From the IMG/VR virus record IMGVR_UViG_3300022752_000022, positions 32,001 through 96,000 of that record: a stretch of DNA of 64,000 nucleotides, one strand, 5' to 3'. Every line of letters starts with the position of its first letter. The first letter of the stretch is position 1. The translations under genes were made by a program, and so were the position numbers. This stretch comes from a virus. The notes under the pieces were generated by a model. That model was not told where the DNA came from. It did no database searches and saw only the letters and a list, made by a program, of their open reading frames with translations. Of the stretch, positions 56,384 to 64,000 are shown piece after piece.

Positions 56384-57484
56384 GTGGCCAATCCAGGCAT
56401 TGATGTGAAGTATATTGGTGATGAACCTACCTTTTCAAATTTTGAGATGTTGAATGAGTTGGATCAGCGGATTGCAATTTCAAAAGCGTTCAACTGGTAT
56501 TCTTATTTCTATAGCAATACTGAAGCAAAAGAATTTATTCTTACATACTCAAAAAGCATTGGTCGAACCAAAGATGAGTTAGCGTCCATCAAGTCATTGC
56601 CTGATAACGCATTCAACAAGCAAGCAGGTTGGATTGCAAGGATGATGATTCGTGGTTTGACACCGACACCACGTTTGAAAAGTCATTTTGTGAATCACTA
56701 CAAGCAATTGCTAACTCTGGTGAAACCACAGCCGATCGCTACGGAAATTGCACCGACAACTTCAGTTGTCAATGTTCAGCAACGAATCCAAGACAAAGCA
56801 TCCGAACATGCAGGTGAGATTGAAGGCTTGCTTGACGATTTCATGCTTTGCGGTTGTAAAGAACCGTTTAGTGTGGAAGCGTATTTAAAATCTAATAATG
56901 TTACAGCAATTGTAGCAAGTAAAATTTGTGAAAAGTTTGTCCCTAAAGCAAAAGAAATTTCTAATGCACTGACGGATAAAGAGTTGGCCGAGGGGTACAG
57001 CAACTTTACTAAAGTCCAACTGAAGCGATATCGTGACATGCTGGATGCTATTGTTGAGCAGTGCAATACCTTTTCTCAGCAGAATAAGCCTGTGCGGAAA
57101 CTTCGCAAGAAAAAAGATAAGTCTCCTGACGTTCTGGTTTCTAAGATGAAATTTCTTAAAGAGGATGGTGCATTCAAGAGTATTGCCCCAGAAAAGGTGG
57201 TTGGTGCAAATCAACTGTGGACATATAACGTGAAGACAAAGGTCCTTGCAGTGTATCATTCCGACAATGCAAAAGGATTGACTGTCAAAGGTAGCACACT
57301 CCAGAATTTTGACGAGAAAACATCCATCGGCAAACGATTGCGAAAGCCTGAAGTGGTGTTGCCAAACGTGTTGAATTTTGGTAAAGTGAAGTTGAAGAAG
57401 ATCATAGAAGAGTTGACAACAATGGAATTGAACTTGACAGGAAGGATGAACGATGATACACTGATCCTTCGTGTGGAGAAATAA
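56384..57484 (+). CDS. Conserved T4-like hypothetical protein
   Basis: AFNWYSY, LTVKGSTL, KRLRKPE, TGRMNDDTLILRV. Confidence 0.75.
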   Translation: MANPGIDVKYIGDEPTFSNFEMLNELDQRIAISKAFNWYSYFYSNTEAKEFILTYSKSIGRTKDELASIKSLPDNAFNKQAGWIARMMIRGLTPTPRLKSHFVNHYKQLLTLVKPQPIATEIAPTTSVVNVQQRIQDKASEHAGEIEGLLDDFMLCGCKEPFSVEAYLKSNNVTAIVASKICEKFVPKAKEISNALTDKELAEGYSNFTKVQLKRYRDMLDAIVEQCNTFSQQNKPVRKLRKKKDKSPDVLVSKMKFLKEDGAFKSIAPEKVVGANQLWTYNVKTKVLAVYHSDNAKGLTVKGSTLQNFDEKTSIGKRLRKPEVVLPNVLNFGKVKLKKIIEELTTMELNLTGRMNDDTLILRVEK

Positions 57485-57629
57485 ATGTCTATTTTAAATG
57501 ATGAAGATAAAGATTTCGTAGAACAGTGGATTCGGAATTTAGATTCTGAAATTCGATTTGGCGTGAAAAGTGATTATGAAAAAGCACAAATGCAATATAT
57601 GATTTCCATTTTAAAAAAGATTTTAACAA

Positions 57630-58490
57630 ATGATATTGATTGACTTAAATCAGGTCATGATTTCCAATCTGATGATGCAGATTGGTCAAAATGGCAATCA
57701 AGTGGACGAGAATCTGATCCGACATATGATTCTCAATAGTCTACGAATGTATAACGTCAAATTCCGTGAGGAGTTTGGTGAGATTGTCATATGCGCTGAC
57801 GATAAGCAATATTGGCGCAGAGACTTGTTTCCCTATTATAAAGCTAGTCGCAAAAAAGCGAGGGAAGCATCTCCTTTAGATTGGAATCTAATCTTTGAAA
57901 CGTTGAACAAAGTCCGTGATGAATTGAAAGAAAACTTTCCTTACAAAGTCATTCAGATTCATAAAGCTGAAGCGGATGATGTCATTGGTACATTGTGCTA
58001 TAAGTATGGTGTAGAATTGTCGAGTGAGGGTGTGGAGAAAATTTTGATTTTGTCGAGCGATAAAGATTTTCTCCAGTTGCAAAAGTTTGCAAATGTGTAT
58101 CAGTACAGTACAATGGCCAAGAAATTCCTCAAAGAATCTAGCCCATCAAAATTCTTGCAAGAGCATATTATTCGTGGAGATACTGGTGATGGGATTCCTA
58201 ATTTTCTTAGCGGTGATGATTGCTTTGTTACTGAAACTCGGCAGAAACCGATAACAGAGAAAAAGCTAAATACATTCATCGGCAAGAATCCAGAAGATTT
58301 TTGCGATGAAATCATGCTGAAGCGTTATCGAAGAAACGAATCATTGATTGATTTGTCTAAGGTGCCTGAAGATATTCAATCAAAAGTTTATATCGCTTAT
58401 GATGCGCCAAAGCGTGGTAGGGATAAATTGTTAAACTATTTCATTAAGCATCGGATGAAACTGATGATGGAACACATACAGGAATTCTAA
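57630..58490 (+). CDS. rnh: RNase H (T4 rnh, 5'-3' exonuclease)
   Basis: YWRRDLFPYYK, EADD, SSDKDFLQL, GDTGDGIPN. Confidence 0.95.
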   Translation: MILIDLNQVMISNLMMQIGQNGNQVDENLIRHMILNSLRMYNVKFREEFGEIVICADDKQYWRRDLFPYYKASRKKAREASPLDWNLIFETLNKVRDELKENFPYKVIQIHKAEADDVIGTLCYKYGVELSSEGVEKILILSSDKDFLQLQKFANVYQYSTMAKKFLKESSPSKFLQEHIIRGDTGDGIPNFLSGDDCFVTETRQKPITEKKLNTFIGKNPEDFCDEIMLKRYRRNESLIDLSKVPEDIQSKVYIAYDAPKRGRDKLLNYFIKHRMKLMMEHIQEF

Positions 58491-58494
58491 TTTT

Positions 58495-58935
58495 ATGGAC
58501 ATTTCAAAATGGACGGTACATGAAACGCTGAAACATATCTCAGAGTTGCCAGCAAAAGACCGTGTCGATGCGATTCAGCAAATTTCAAAGTTGAAGCCTA
58601 TACTCAGAGAAGTTTTGGGCTACACTTATCACAAAAATTATAACTTTACTCTACCTGAAGGTGATCCTCCATTCAAAACAATGGAAGTGCCACCAAACAT
58701 GGGATTAAACAGATTACCCCATGAAATTCGAAAGTTTAAATACTTTGTAAACAACACCGAACTTCATGCGATTAAACGTGAGAAGATTTTCATTGAAATG
58801 TTAGAAGCATTATCGCCAGAAGAAGCAGTCCTGGTACTCATGATAAAAAACAAAAAACTTATCGGTCCTTACAAAAATATCACACGTAAACTTGTAGAGG
58901 AAGCACTGCCCGATCTTTTCAGAGGAGAAAATTGA
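58495..58935 (+). CDS. Conserved hypothetical protein
   Basis: LPEGDPPF, KREKIFIEMLEAL. Confidence 0.7.
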   Translation: MDISKWTVHETLKHISELPAKDRVDAIQQISKLKPILREVLGYTYHKNYNFTLPEGDPPFKTMEVPPNMGLNRLPHEIRKFKYFVNNTELHAIKREKIFIEMLEALSPEEAVLVLMIKNKKLIGPYKNITRKLVEEALPDLFRGEN

Positions 58936-58941
58936 TTTCAA

Positions 58942-59127
58942 ATGTCTAAAACCATTCTTAAATCTAACAATAAGTATAAAAAGTTTAAAGACTTTTATGA
59001 GGAAGATGAGTCTTCAACAAACAAACGTCAAAAACAAAGATTCAATGAATCCAAGAAGCACAAAGACAGGTTGCGGCACGAGTTGCGAAAAGGAAACTTC
59101 CAGATCGCTGAGGAGTACGATTCCTAA
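58942..59127 (+). CDS. Small basic hypothetical protein
   Basis: 61-aa ORF. Confidence 0.5.
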   Translation: MSKTILKSNNKYKKFKDFYEEDESSTNKRQKQRFNESKKHKDRLRHELRKGNFQIAEEYDS

Positions 59128-59128
59128 C

Positions 59129-59177
59129 TGTTGTTTTTATGCAACACGCTTGACTTTCTCCGTGATCAGAGTACAAT
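59129..59177 (+). promoter_or_regulatory. Sigma70-type promoter with palindromic box in inverted orientation
   Basis: TGTTGTTTTTATGCAACA, then TTGACT-16-TACAAT. Confidence 0.8.
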
Positions 59178-59207
59178 AGAACTATGTTGAAAGAGAAAGG
59201 AAACGAA

Positions 59208-59525
59208 ATGATTGACGTATTAGATACGTACCTGAACTTCATCAAAGAAAACTTTGCAGCACATTATGCAAATCGGACTGACGATGTTGCCAAGAGCATG
59301 GTTGAAAATTTCAATAATGGCCTTCGGGTTGAAGAGGGTAGCAAGTATCTTAAGATCGTTACCCATGGCGGTTCAGCACACACTTTCATTTGCAAAAAAG
59401 ACACTGGCAAATTTAAGAAAGGTGACATTCTAATGGCTGCAAGTTGGAATGCACCCGCTCGAAATTTTGCACGAGGTAATGTGATTGCGAAAGAGTTTGG
59501 TTCAATCAATTGTTATGGAGCTTAG
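59208..59525 (+). CDS. Conserved phage early hypothetical protein
   Basis: GSKYLKIV, GDILMAASWNAPARNFARGN; AAGGA SD. Confidence 0.7.
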   Translation: MIDVLDTYLNFIKENFAAHYANRTDDVAKSMVENFNNGLRVEEGSKYLKIVTHGGSAHTFICKKDTGKFKKGDILMAASWNAPARNFARGNVIAKEFGSINCYGA

Positions 59526-59633
59526 TGATAAAATGAATGACGGTGATGTTTTTGTTGGTTTGATTGTAGCTTTTATTGTAGTTGTAGCACTAATCATGGG
59601 CGGTATAATTCAACTTTGACGGAGTAAAAAATT

Positions 59634-60011
59634 ATGGGATTAGATATGTATGCATTTTCTCTTGATGAGAAAGATGCCATTTCTGACGTTGAATATGCTG
59701 AAGAGCCGGATACTAAAACGGAAATTTTTTACTGGCGAAAGCATCACAATCTTCATGGTTGGATGAAACAACTTTATGAGAAAAAAGGTGGAACGGAAGA
59801 ATTCAATTGTGTGCCTGTCCGACTTCGGCAAAGTGATTTGTTTGAACTTCAGTCCGTGATTCTAGCGCATGGTTTGCCTGAGACTACAGGTTTTTTCTTT
59901 GGTATCAGGCCTCCTGATGAGGATTCGGATGAGCAAGATTTGTTGTTCATTGCGAAAGCATTGTCGGAAATCAATCGTGGTCGTGCAGTCTATTACTCTT
60001 CATGGTGGTAA
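59634..60011 (+). CDS. Conserved phage hypothetical protein
   Basis: MGLDMY, YWRKHHNLHGWM, GFFFG, YYSSWW. Confidence 0.75.
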   Translation: MGLDMYAFSLDEKDAISDVEYAEEPDTKTEIFYWRKHHNLHGWMKQLYEKKGGTEEFNCVPVRLRQSDLFELQSVILAHGLPETTGFFFGIRPPDEDSDEQDLLFIAKALSEINRGRAVYYSSWW

Positions 60012-60014
60012 AAT

Positions 60015-60329
60015 ATGGTGAATAAACTGATTCGGGATGGCAGAGTTGCTGTCCTTGTTTCTCACGGCTTCGGTGCTGGTTGGTACTCATGGCATTACGA
60101 TGAACGCCTATTATTTGAACCGACGATTGCTGAAATGTTGGAGAAGAATGTTGATATATATGAAATTGAAAAATACTGTGAAAAAACATACGGTGATGAA
60201 ATCTATTACGGTGGCTTAGATGGCCTATCAATTGTCTGGGTGCCAGTAGGAATGCAGTTTCGGATTGAAGAATATGACGGCTCAGAAAGTTTGAAGATGG
60301 AACAAGAAATGCATTGGATTACTGCGTAG
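60015..60329 (+). CDS. Conserved phage hypothetical protein
   Basis: SHGFGAGWYSW, FRIEEYDGSE. Confidence 0.75.
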   Translation: MVNKLIRDGRVAVLVSHGFGAGWYSWHYDERLLFEPTIAEMLEKNVDIYEIEKYCEKTYGDEIYYGGLDGLSIVWVPVGMQFRIEEYDGSESLKMEQEMHWITA

Positions 60330-60339
60330 AGAAGTTCTT

Positions 60340-60347
60340 TATAAATA
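60340..60347 (+). promoter_or_regulatory. T4-type late promoter for the tRNA cluster
   Basis: TATAAATA 4 nt before tRNA-Ile. Confidence 0.75.
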
Positions 60348-60351
60348 GTTT

Positions 60352-60426
60352 CCCGGATTAGCTCAGAGGTAGAGCAACGTCTTGATAAGGCGGAGGCGAA
60401 TGGATCGTTACCATTATTCGGGACCA
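60352..60426 (+). tRNA. tRNA-Ile(GAU)
   Basis: Cloverleaf, loop TTGATAA, atypical T-loop ATCGTTA, encoded CCA. Confidence 0.85.
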
Positions 60427-60507
60427 TATTGAAGCACATTTTGATGCCTATAAGCAGTCAGAGTTGATCGCCTGTCTGACGGTGTGAGATGAATGTGCTT
60501 CAATATG
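60425..60507 (+). ncRNA. Unidentified structured RNA cassette 1
   Basis: Perfect 16-bp stem CATATTGAAGCACATT/AATGTGCTTCAATATG enclosing a GTCAGA/TCTGAC hairpin. Confidence 0.65.
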
Positions 60508-60568
60508 ATAAAGGTCGAGGTGCACCAGATCATTTCTAAAGGTCACTGACACATCGGAAAGACGATGG

Positions 60569-60693
60569 CCATATTGAAGCACATTTAATCGAAAGCATCC
60601 TCAGAACGGAAGTGACTCGCCGGTGAGTATGCAGGTAGAGAGGTGTAAAAAGCCCCCGCTTGTCACGGTTACCTCAAGTGTGTTTCAATATGG
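60569..60693 (+). ncRNA. Unidentified structured RNA cassette 2
   Basis: CCATATTGAAGCACAT/GTGTGTTTCAATATGG stem (two G-U pairs) enclosing a different ~93-nt insert. Confidence 0.65.
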
Positions 60694-60700
60694 GAATTAT

Positions 60701-60776
60701 TCCGGTCGAGCAAGCTAGGTGTAGGCAGTGGACTGTTAATCCATGAAGCCTGGTTCGAATCCAGGGACCGGAGCCA
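60701..60776 (+). tRNA. tRNA-Asn(GUU)
   Basis: GTGGA-CTGTTAA-TCCAT, TTCGAAT, CCA. Confidence 0.92.
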
Positions 60777-60783
60777 GATGTAT

Positions 60784-60861
60784 CTCGGATTAGTTCAGCC
60801 CGGTTAGAATGCCTGCTTTGGGAGCAGGAGGTCGTGAGTTCAAATCCCACATCCGAGACCA
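60784..60861 (+). tRNA. tRNA-Pro(UGG)
   Basis: CCTGC-TTTGGGA-GCAGG, CCA. Confidence 0.93.
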
Positions 60862-60866
60862 GTTTT

Positions 60867-60940
60867 GCCCTCTTAGTTAAATGGCATAACGGTTGATTTG
60901 TAATCATCAATTGGCAGTTCGATTCTGTCAGAGGGCACCA
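60867..60940 (+). tRNA. tRNA-Thr(UGU)
   Basis: GTTGA-TTTGTAA-TCATC, CCA. Confidence 0.9.
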
Positions 60941-60947
60941 GTTTTAT

Positions 60948-61022
60948 CTGATCGTGGTGAAATGGAGATCACAGTAGCCTTCTAAGATTCTATTCCGGGT
61001 TCGAATCCTGGCGGTCAGGCCA
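60948..61022 (+). tRNA. tRNA-Arg(UCU) with mismatched anticodon stem
   Basis: Good acceptor, D and T arms; GTAGC-CTTCTAA-GATTC has two mismatches. Confidence 0.65.
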
Positions 61023-61036
61023 GTAAGGAGATTAAC

Positions 61037-61600
61037 ATGCCAGCGACATGGCTTATTAGCGATACACATTTCGGGCATGACAAAACCTGTACTGTGTTCA
61101 AAAGAGACGATGGTTACCCTCTTAGGCCCTTTAAAGATGCCGAAGAGATGGACGAGGAAATGATTAAGCGTTGGAACGAACGTGTTGATAAGAATGACAA
61201 AGTATATCACTTGGGAGACGTAGTCATTGCTCGTAAAAGTCTTGCTACTCTTAGTAGACTTAACGGAGACAAAGTTCTTATTAAAGGTAACCATGATATC
61301 TTTAAACTTCATGATTACACCGTACACTTTAGAGATATCAGAGGTTATCATGTGATGTCTGGTCTTATTCTTAGTCACGTTCCAGTACATGCTGATTCCA
61401 TCGAAAGATTTGGGTGCAATGTTCATGGACATCTTCACCATAGAAGAGTGATGAAAGATAATAAGATTGATCCGAGATACTTTAATGTGAGTGTAGAGTG
61501 TATCGACTTTGCTCCTATTCTTCTTGAAGATCTGAAGAAAAGAATTATGGAGCAGGGTGGGGGTGTCGAGATGAAAAAGTCTCGACACGAAGTAGATTAG
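61037..61600 (+). CDS. Calcineurin-like metallophosphoesterase
   Basis: SDTHFGH, HLGDV, KGNHD, SHVP, HGHLH. Confidence 0.92.
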   Translation: MPATWLISDTHFGHDKTCTVFKRDDGYPLRPFKDAEEMDEEMIKRWNERVDKNDKVYHLGDVVIARKSLATLSRLNGDKVLIKGNHDIFKLHDYTVHFRDIRGYHVMSGLILSHVPVHADSIERFGCNVHGHLHHRRVMKDNKIDPRYFNVSVECIDFAPILLEDLKKRIMEQGGGVEMKKSRHEVD

Positions 61601-61675
61601 CTGATGTAGATCAGTGGTAGATCGCTTTCTTGGTAAGAAAGAAGTCATGAGTTCGATTCTGTCAAGAGGTTACCA
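61600..61675 (+). pseudogene. Chimeric/degenerate tRNA-Thr(GGU)
   Basis: Intact D and anticodon arms (CTTTC-TTGGTAA-GAAAG), but T-stem and acceptor strands do not pair. Confidence 0.7.
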
Positions 61676-61688
61676 AAAAGGAGTTTGT

Positions 61689-62225
61689 ATGAGACTTACT
61701 GATTTAATTAAAATATATGATAATGTTTTGAGTAAAGACTCTTGCAATAATATCATTGGGGAGTTTGAAGCAAGAAAAGAATTGGTAGATCATCATCATA
61801 ATGATGTTTACAAATTTGATCAATTAAACTTAAATCAGACTGATCTAAAACCTTTAGCGACAATTTTCATAAGGCAAATTATTCCGCTCATTAAATATTA
61901 TTCAGCGGAATTCAATGTTGATCGATTCATTAAAATGAATGCTTTTGAAGATGTTAGAATTAAAAAATACTTGAAGAATTCTGACTATCAATTTAAAACA
62001 CATATCGATAGTGCCGATAAAGAGTCTGCGGTACGATATTTGGTTTTCATTTTGTATTTGAATGATAACAACGGCAACACATTTTTTCCAACACTTGATT
62101 ACTCATGTAGACCAAAACAAGGAAGCATGATTTTGTTTCCACCTTTTTGGATGTATCCACATTCTGGTGTGATACCTACAGATAATGATAAGTATATTAT
62201 GATGAGCGCATTACATCATACATAA
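61689..62225 (+). CDS. 2OG-Fe(II) oxygenase
   Basis: HID, LYLND, FPPFWMYPH, KYI; ATG 61689 after AAGGAG. Confidence 0.88.
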   Translation: MRLTDLIKIYDNVLSKDSCNNIIGEFEARKELVDHHHNDVYKFDQLNLNQTDLKPLATIFIRQIIPLIKYYSAEFNVDRFIKMNAFEDVRIKKYLKNSDYQFKTHIDSADKESAVRYLVFILYLNDNNGNTFFPTLDYSCRPKQGSMILFPPFWMYPHSGVIPTDNDKYIMMSALHHT

Positions 62226-62235
62226 TTCTATAGAA

Positions 62236-62422
62236 TCCCCGGTCCTACGCCGGTTAGCGAGTGGGCGGTTAGACTTCCGTGAGTAGTCTAGGTTAGCCAT
62301 GCAACCTCCCTCCGGGCTTTTCATCCGGCAGGGTAAAAGATAATGGCAAAGTTGACCATCCTAAGATGGTACGGACAGGGTAACAACTCAATTCGGGGCT
62401 TATGGGAATAAGTAGCCGATCC
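62236..62422 (+). ncRNA. Unidentified multi-hairpin RNA
   Basis: GC-rich non-coding stretch with at least 5 hairpins, directly upstream of tRNA-Arg. Confidence 0.55.
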
Positions 62423-62429
62423 TAATTTT

Positions 62430-62504
62430 ATCACCGTCGTTCAACGGAAAGGACATAGGTCTTCTAAACCTAGAATAGGGGTTCGACTCCTCTCGGTGGT
62501 GCCA
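62430..62504 (+). tRNA. tRNA-Arg(UCU)
   Basis: TAGGT-CTTCTAA-ACCTA, TTCGACT, CCA. Confidence 0.92.
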
Positions 62505-62615
62505 ATAACTATCAGCGCAATAAAAAAATTTCATTGAAATGCCTATGACAATTGATATACATCTTAGAGGACTTCGGTGATTGATAAATAAGATGATATT
62601 TACATTGGAGGTATT

Positions 62616-62810
62616 ATGGCGACAAAGAAAAAACTTGACAGAGGTAGTGAAATAAAACCTAAACCTTTAAAAGTGAAGAAGACTGAATCCATCGAAGTTA
62701 AAAATGGTGTCTTTGAAGGCGAATACAGTAAAAGTCTTTATAATAACGGTGAATTAGTCAGTTTTGACATTGACTGGGACAAATTGAAAGAGTACATGAA
62801 GAAAATTTGA
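62616..62810 (+). CDS. Small hypothetical protein
   Basis: GGAGG SD; FDIDWDKL. Confidence 0.6.
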   Translation: MATKKKLDRGSEIKPKPLKVKKTESIEVKNGVFEGEYSKSLYNNGELVSFDIDWDKLKEYMKKI

Positions 62811-62868
62811 TGATTCGCCTAAGACAAATCGGATGATCTTGCTTGAAAGAAATCTTAGTCAATTGGCG

Positions 62869-62921
62869 TGTTGCATAAAAACAACAGGGCGCTTGACAGC
62901 GCATCTTTTTTATTGTAGAAT
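62869..62921 (+). promoter_or_regulatory. Sigma70-type promoter with palindromic box
   Basis: TGTTGCATAAAAACAACA, then TTGACA-17-TAGAAT. Confidence 0.85.
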
Positions 62922-62947
62922 TAAATCAAATATGAAGGAGATATCTC

Positions 62948-63475
62948 ATGCCCAACTGGTGTTATAATAATATTACGATTCATGGAAGCAGTGCGGAGAT
63001 CGCAAAGATTGAAAAGTTTCTTGAAGAACGAAAAGGTGAAAATTGGTTTGATTATTTTCTTCCGATGCCTGAAGAAATTAAGAAAACAGATGGCGCATGG
63101 TATGAATGGGCAATTAATAATTGGGGCACTAAGTGGAATTGTAATGCAGTTGATTGGACGGCTTTTGAGGGCGAAATCTCATTTACTTTTGATTCAGCAT
63201 GGGGTCCACCGATTACTTTGTACGAGTATATTTCAAATGAATTTGAAGACTTATCAATTCAAGCAGAATACTTAGAAGAAGGTATGGGTTTTGTTGGTGA
63301 ATTTATTGATGGTGAAGATAATTGTTACGAATACGAAGACTTAGAAGATTTAGATTACATTCCAGAACATCTAGTGGAGAATTGGAATCTCCGAGAAATG
63401 TTAGAGGACAGAGAAAGTGAATACGACGAATATCAAGAAGAGGAATCCGATAGCGAAGGATCTCAAAAGTCCTAA
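62948..63475 (+). CDS. DUF1281/YubB-like protein
   Basis: MPNWCYN, WYEWAINNWGTKWN, FDSAWGPP, EEGMGFVG. Confidence 0.8.
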   Translation: MPNWCYNNITIHGSSAEIAKIEKFLEERKGENWFDYFLPMPEEIKKTDGAWYEWAINNWGTKWNCNAVDWTAFEGEISFTFDSAWGPPITLYEYISNEFEDLSIQAEYLEEGMGFVGEFIDGEDNCYEYEDLEDLDYIPEHLVENWNLREMLEDRESEYDEYQEEESDSEGSQKS

Positions 63476-63534
63476 GTATCGGATGCGCGTTGTTGAAAGC
63501 AAATTGAGAAAACCACCTAAGCATAAGGAACGGT

Positions 63535-63840
63535 ATGAGTTTGTATCTTGAAAACATGGGTCCTCGACAAAGCATTGCATCGGAAATTCTAGACACCATT
63601 CGATTCGGAGATTTGGATAGAATCAAAAGCGCAGGCACTTATGTAAAGAAAAAACTAGACGCAACATCGGATGCTTATGTGTTGCATTTCGGCCGATCTA
63701 AAGATTTTTACGGTGCTGTCCTTGTTCACAAGCCAAATAGCATTGAAGTGAAACTTGTAAATGCTGGCCGAAAAAAGTCTATGAAGTTTAAGCGATTGGC
63801 TGAAGTCAAACAATACTTTTGTAAGACTTTAATTCTATAA
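63535..63840 (+). CDS. Hypothetical protein
   Basis: 101-aa ORF after AAGGA. Confidence 0.55.
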   Translation: MSLYLENMGPRQSIASEILDTIRFGDLDRIKSAGTYVKKKLDATSDAYVLHFGRSKDFYGAVLVHKPNSIEVKLVNAGRKKSMKFKRLAEVKQYFCKTLIL

Positions 63841-64000
63841 TGAATAGCACTGAGAATAATTATTTGGACGAAGATGGCTATCCTACTGAAGAGTTTTTAA
63901 CAAGTATTGAAATCTGGCGAGATAGACCTTTTACTGAATTGATGGATATGATTAAGCCATACTGGAGGTTTTCGGACTTCGGTTATTGGACTCAGCAGGC

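Noticed and set aside
60424-60693. Mini-CRISPR or MITE
   Set aside because: Only two units, each an inverted pair maintained with G-U pairs; no target-site duplications seen
61614-61688. N-terminal extension of the 2OG oxygenase ORF (likewise ORF starts 50668, 23684, 13013)
   Set aside because: These extensions overlap tRNA or other genes; downstream ATGs with SD or ATGA coupling are better starts
62296-62347. HDV-like (theta) ribozyme or SAM riboswitch
   Set aside because: I could not build the nested double pseudoknot or the SAM-I core by eye; left as an unidentified RNA
62815-62862. Hammerhead-like sequence (CGGATGA…GAAA with CTAAGA/TCTTAG)
   Set aside because: The core deviates from CUGANGA and there is no proper NUH site or stem I

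Overview
This is 64 kb of a lytic T4-like (Tevenvirinae/Kyanoviridae-type) myophage genome in the standard genetic code, coded almost entirely on the + strand. A Betaproteobacterial host is suggested by small host-like genes but is not proven. It carries the T4 core replication, recombination and transcription genes (uvsY end, uvsW, gp55, gp47, gp46, gp45, gp44, gp62, regA, gp43, uvsX, gp41, gp61, rnh). It also carries nucleotide metabolism genes (dCMP deaminase, thyX, nrdA/B, 5'-nucleotidase), a possible DNA-modification cluster, cobS/cobT-like genes, lysis genes and a tRNA region. The most notable items are five. (1) Two fractured genes, each split by a naturally split intein around a free-standing HNH endonuclease with its own late promoter: uvsX, and an RNA-ligase-like (DUF6267-type) gene interrupted right after its catalytic KxDG motif. 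(2) A late module whose products look like capsid-packaged cargo: a T4-like capsid-targeting N-terminus, and two large polyproteins made of small domains separated by prohead-protease-type (I/L/V)-x-E linkers. (3) An 18-bp palindromic box (TGTTG-N8-CAACA) abutting the -35 element of six sigma70 promoters. (4) Several unannotated structured RNAs, including two cassettes closed by the same 16-bp stem within the tRNA cluster. (5) A class III nucleotidyl cyclase with atypical specificity residues. Family names come from motif recognition, not from database searches.
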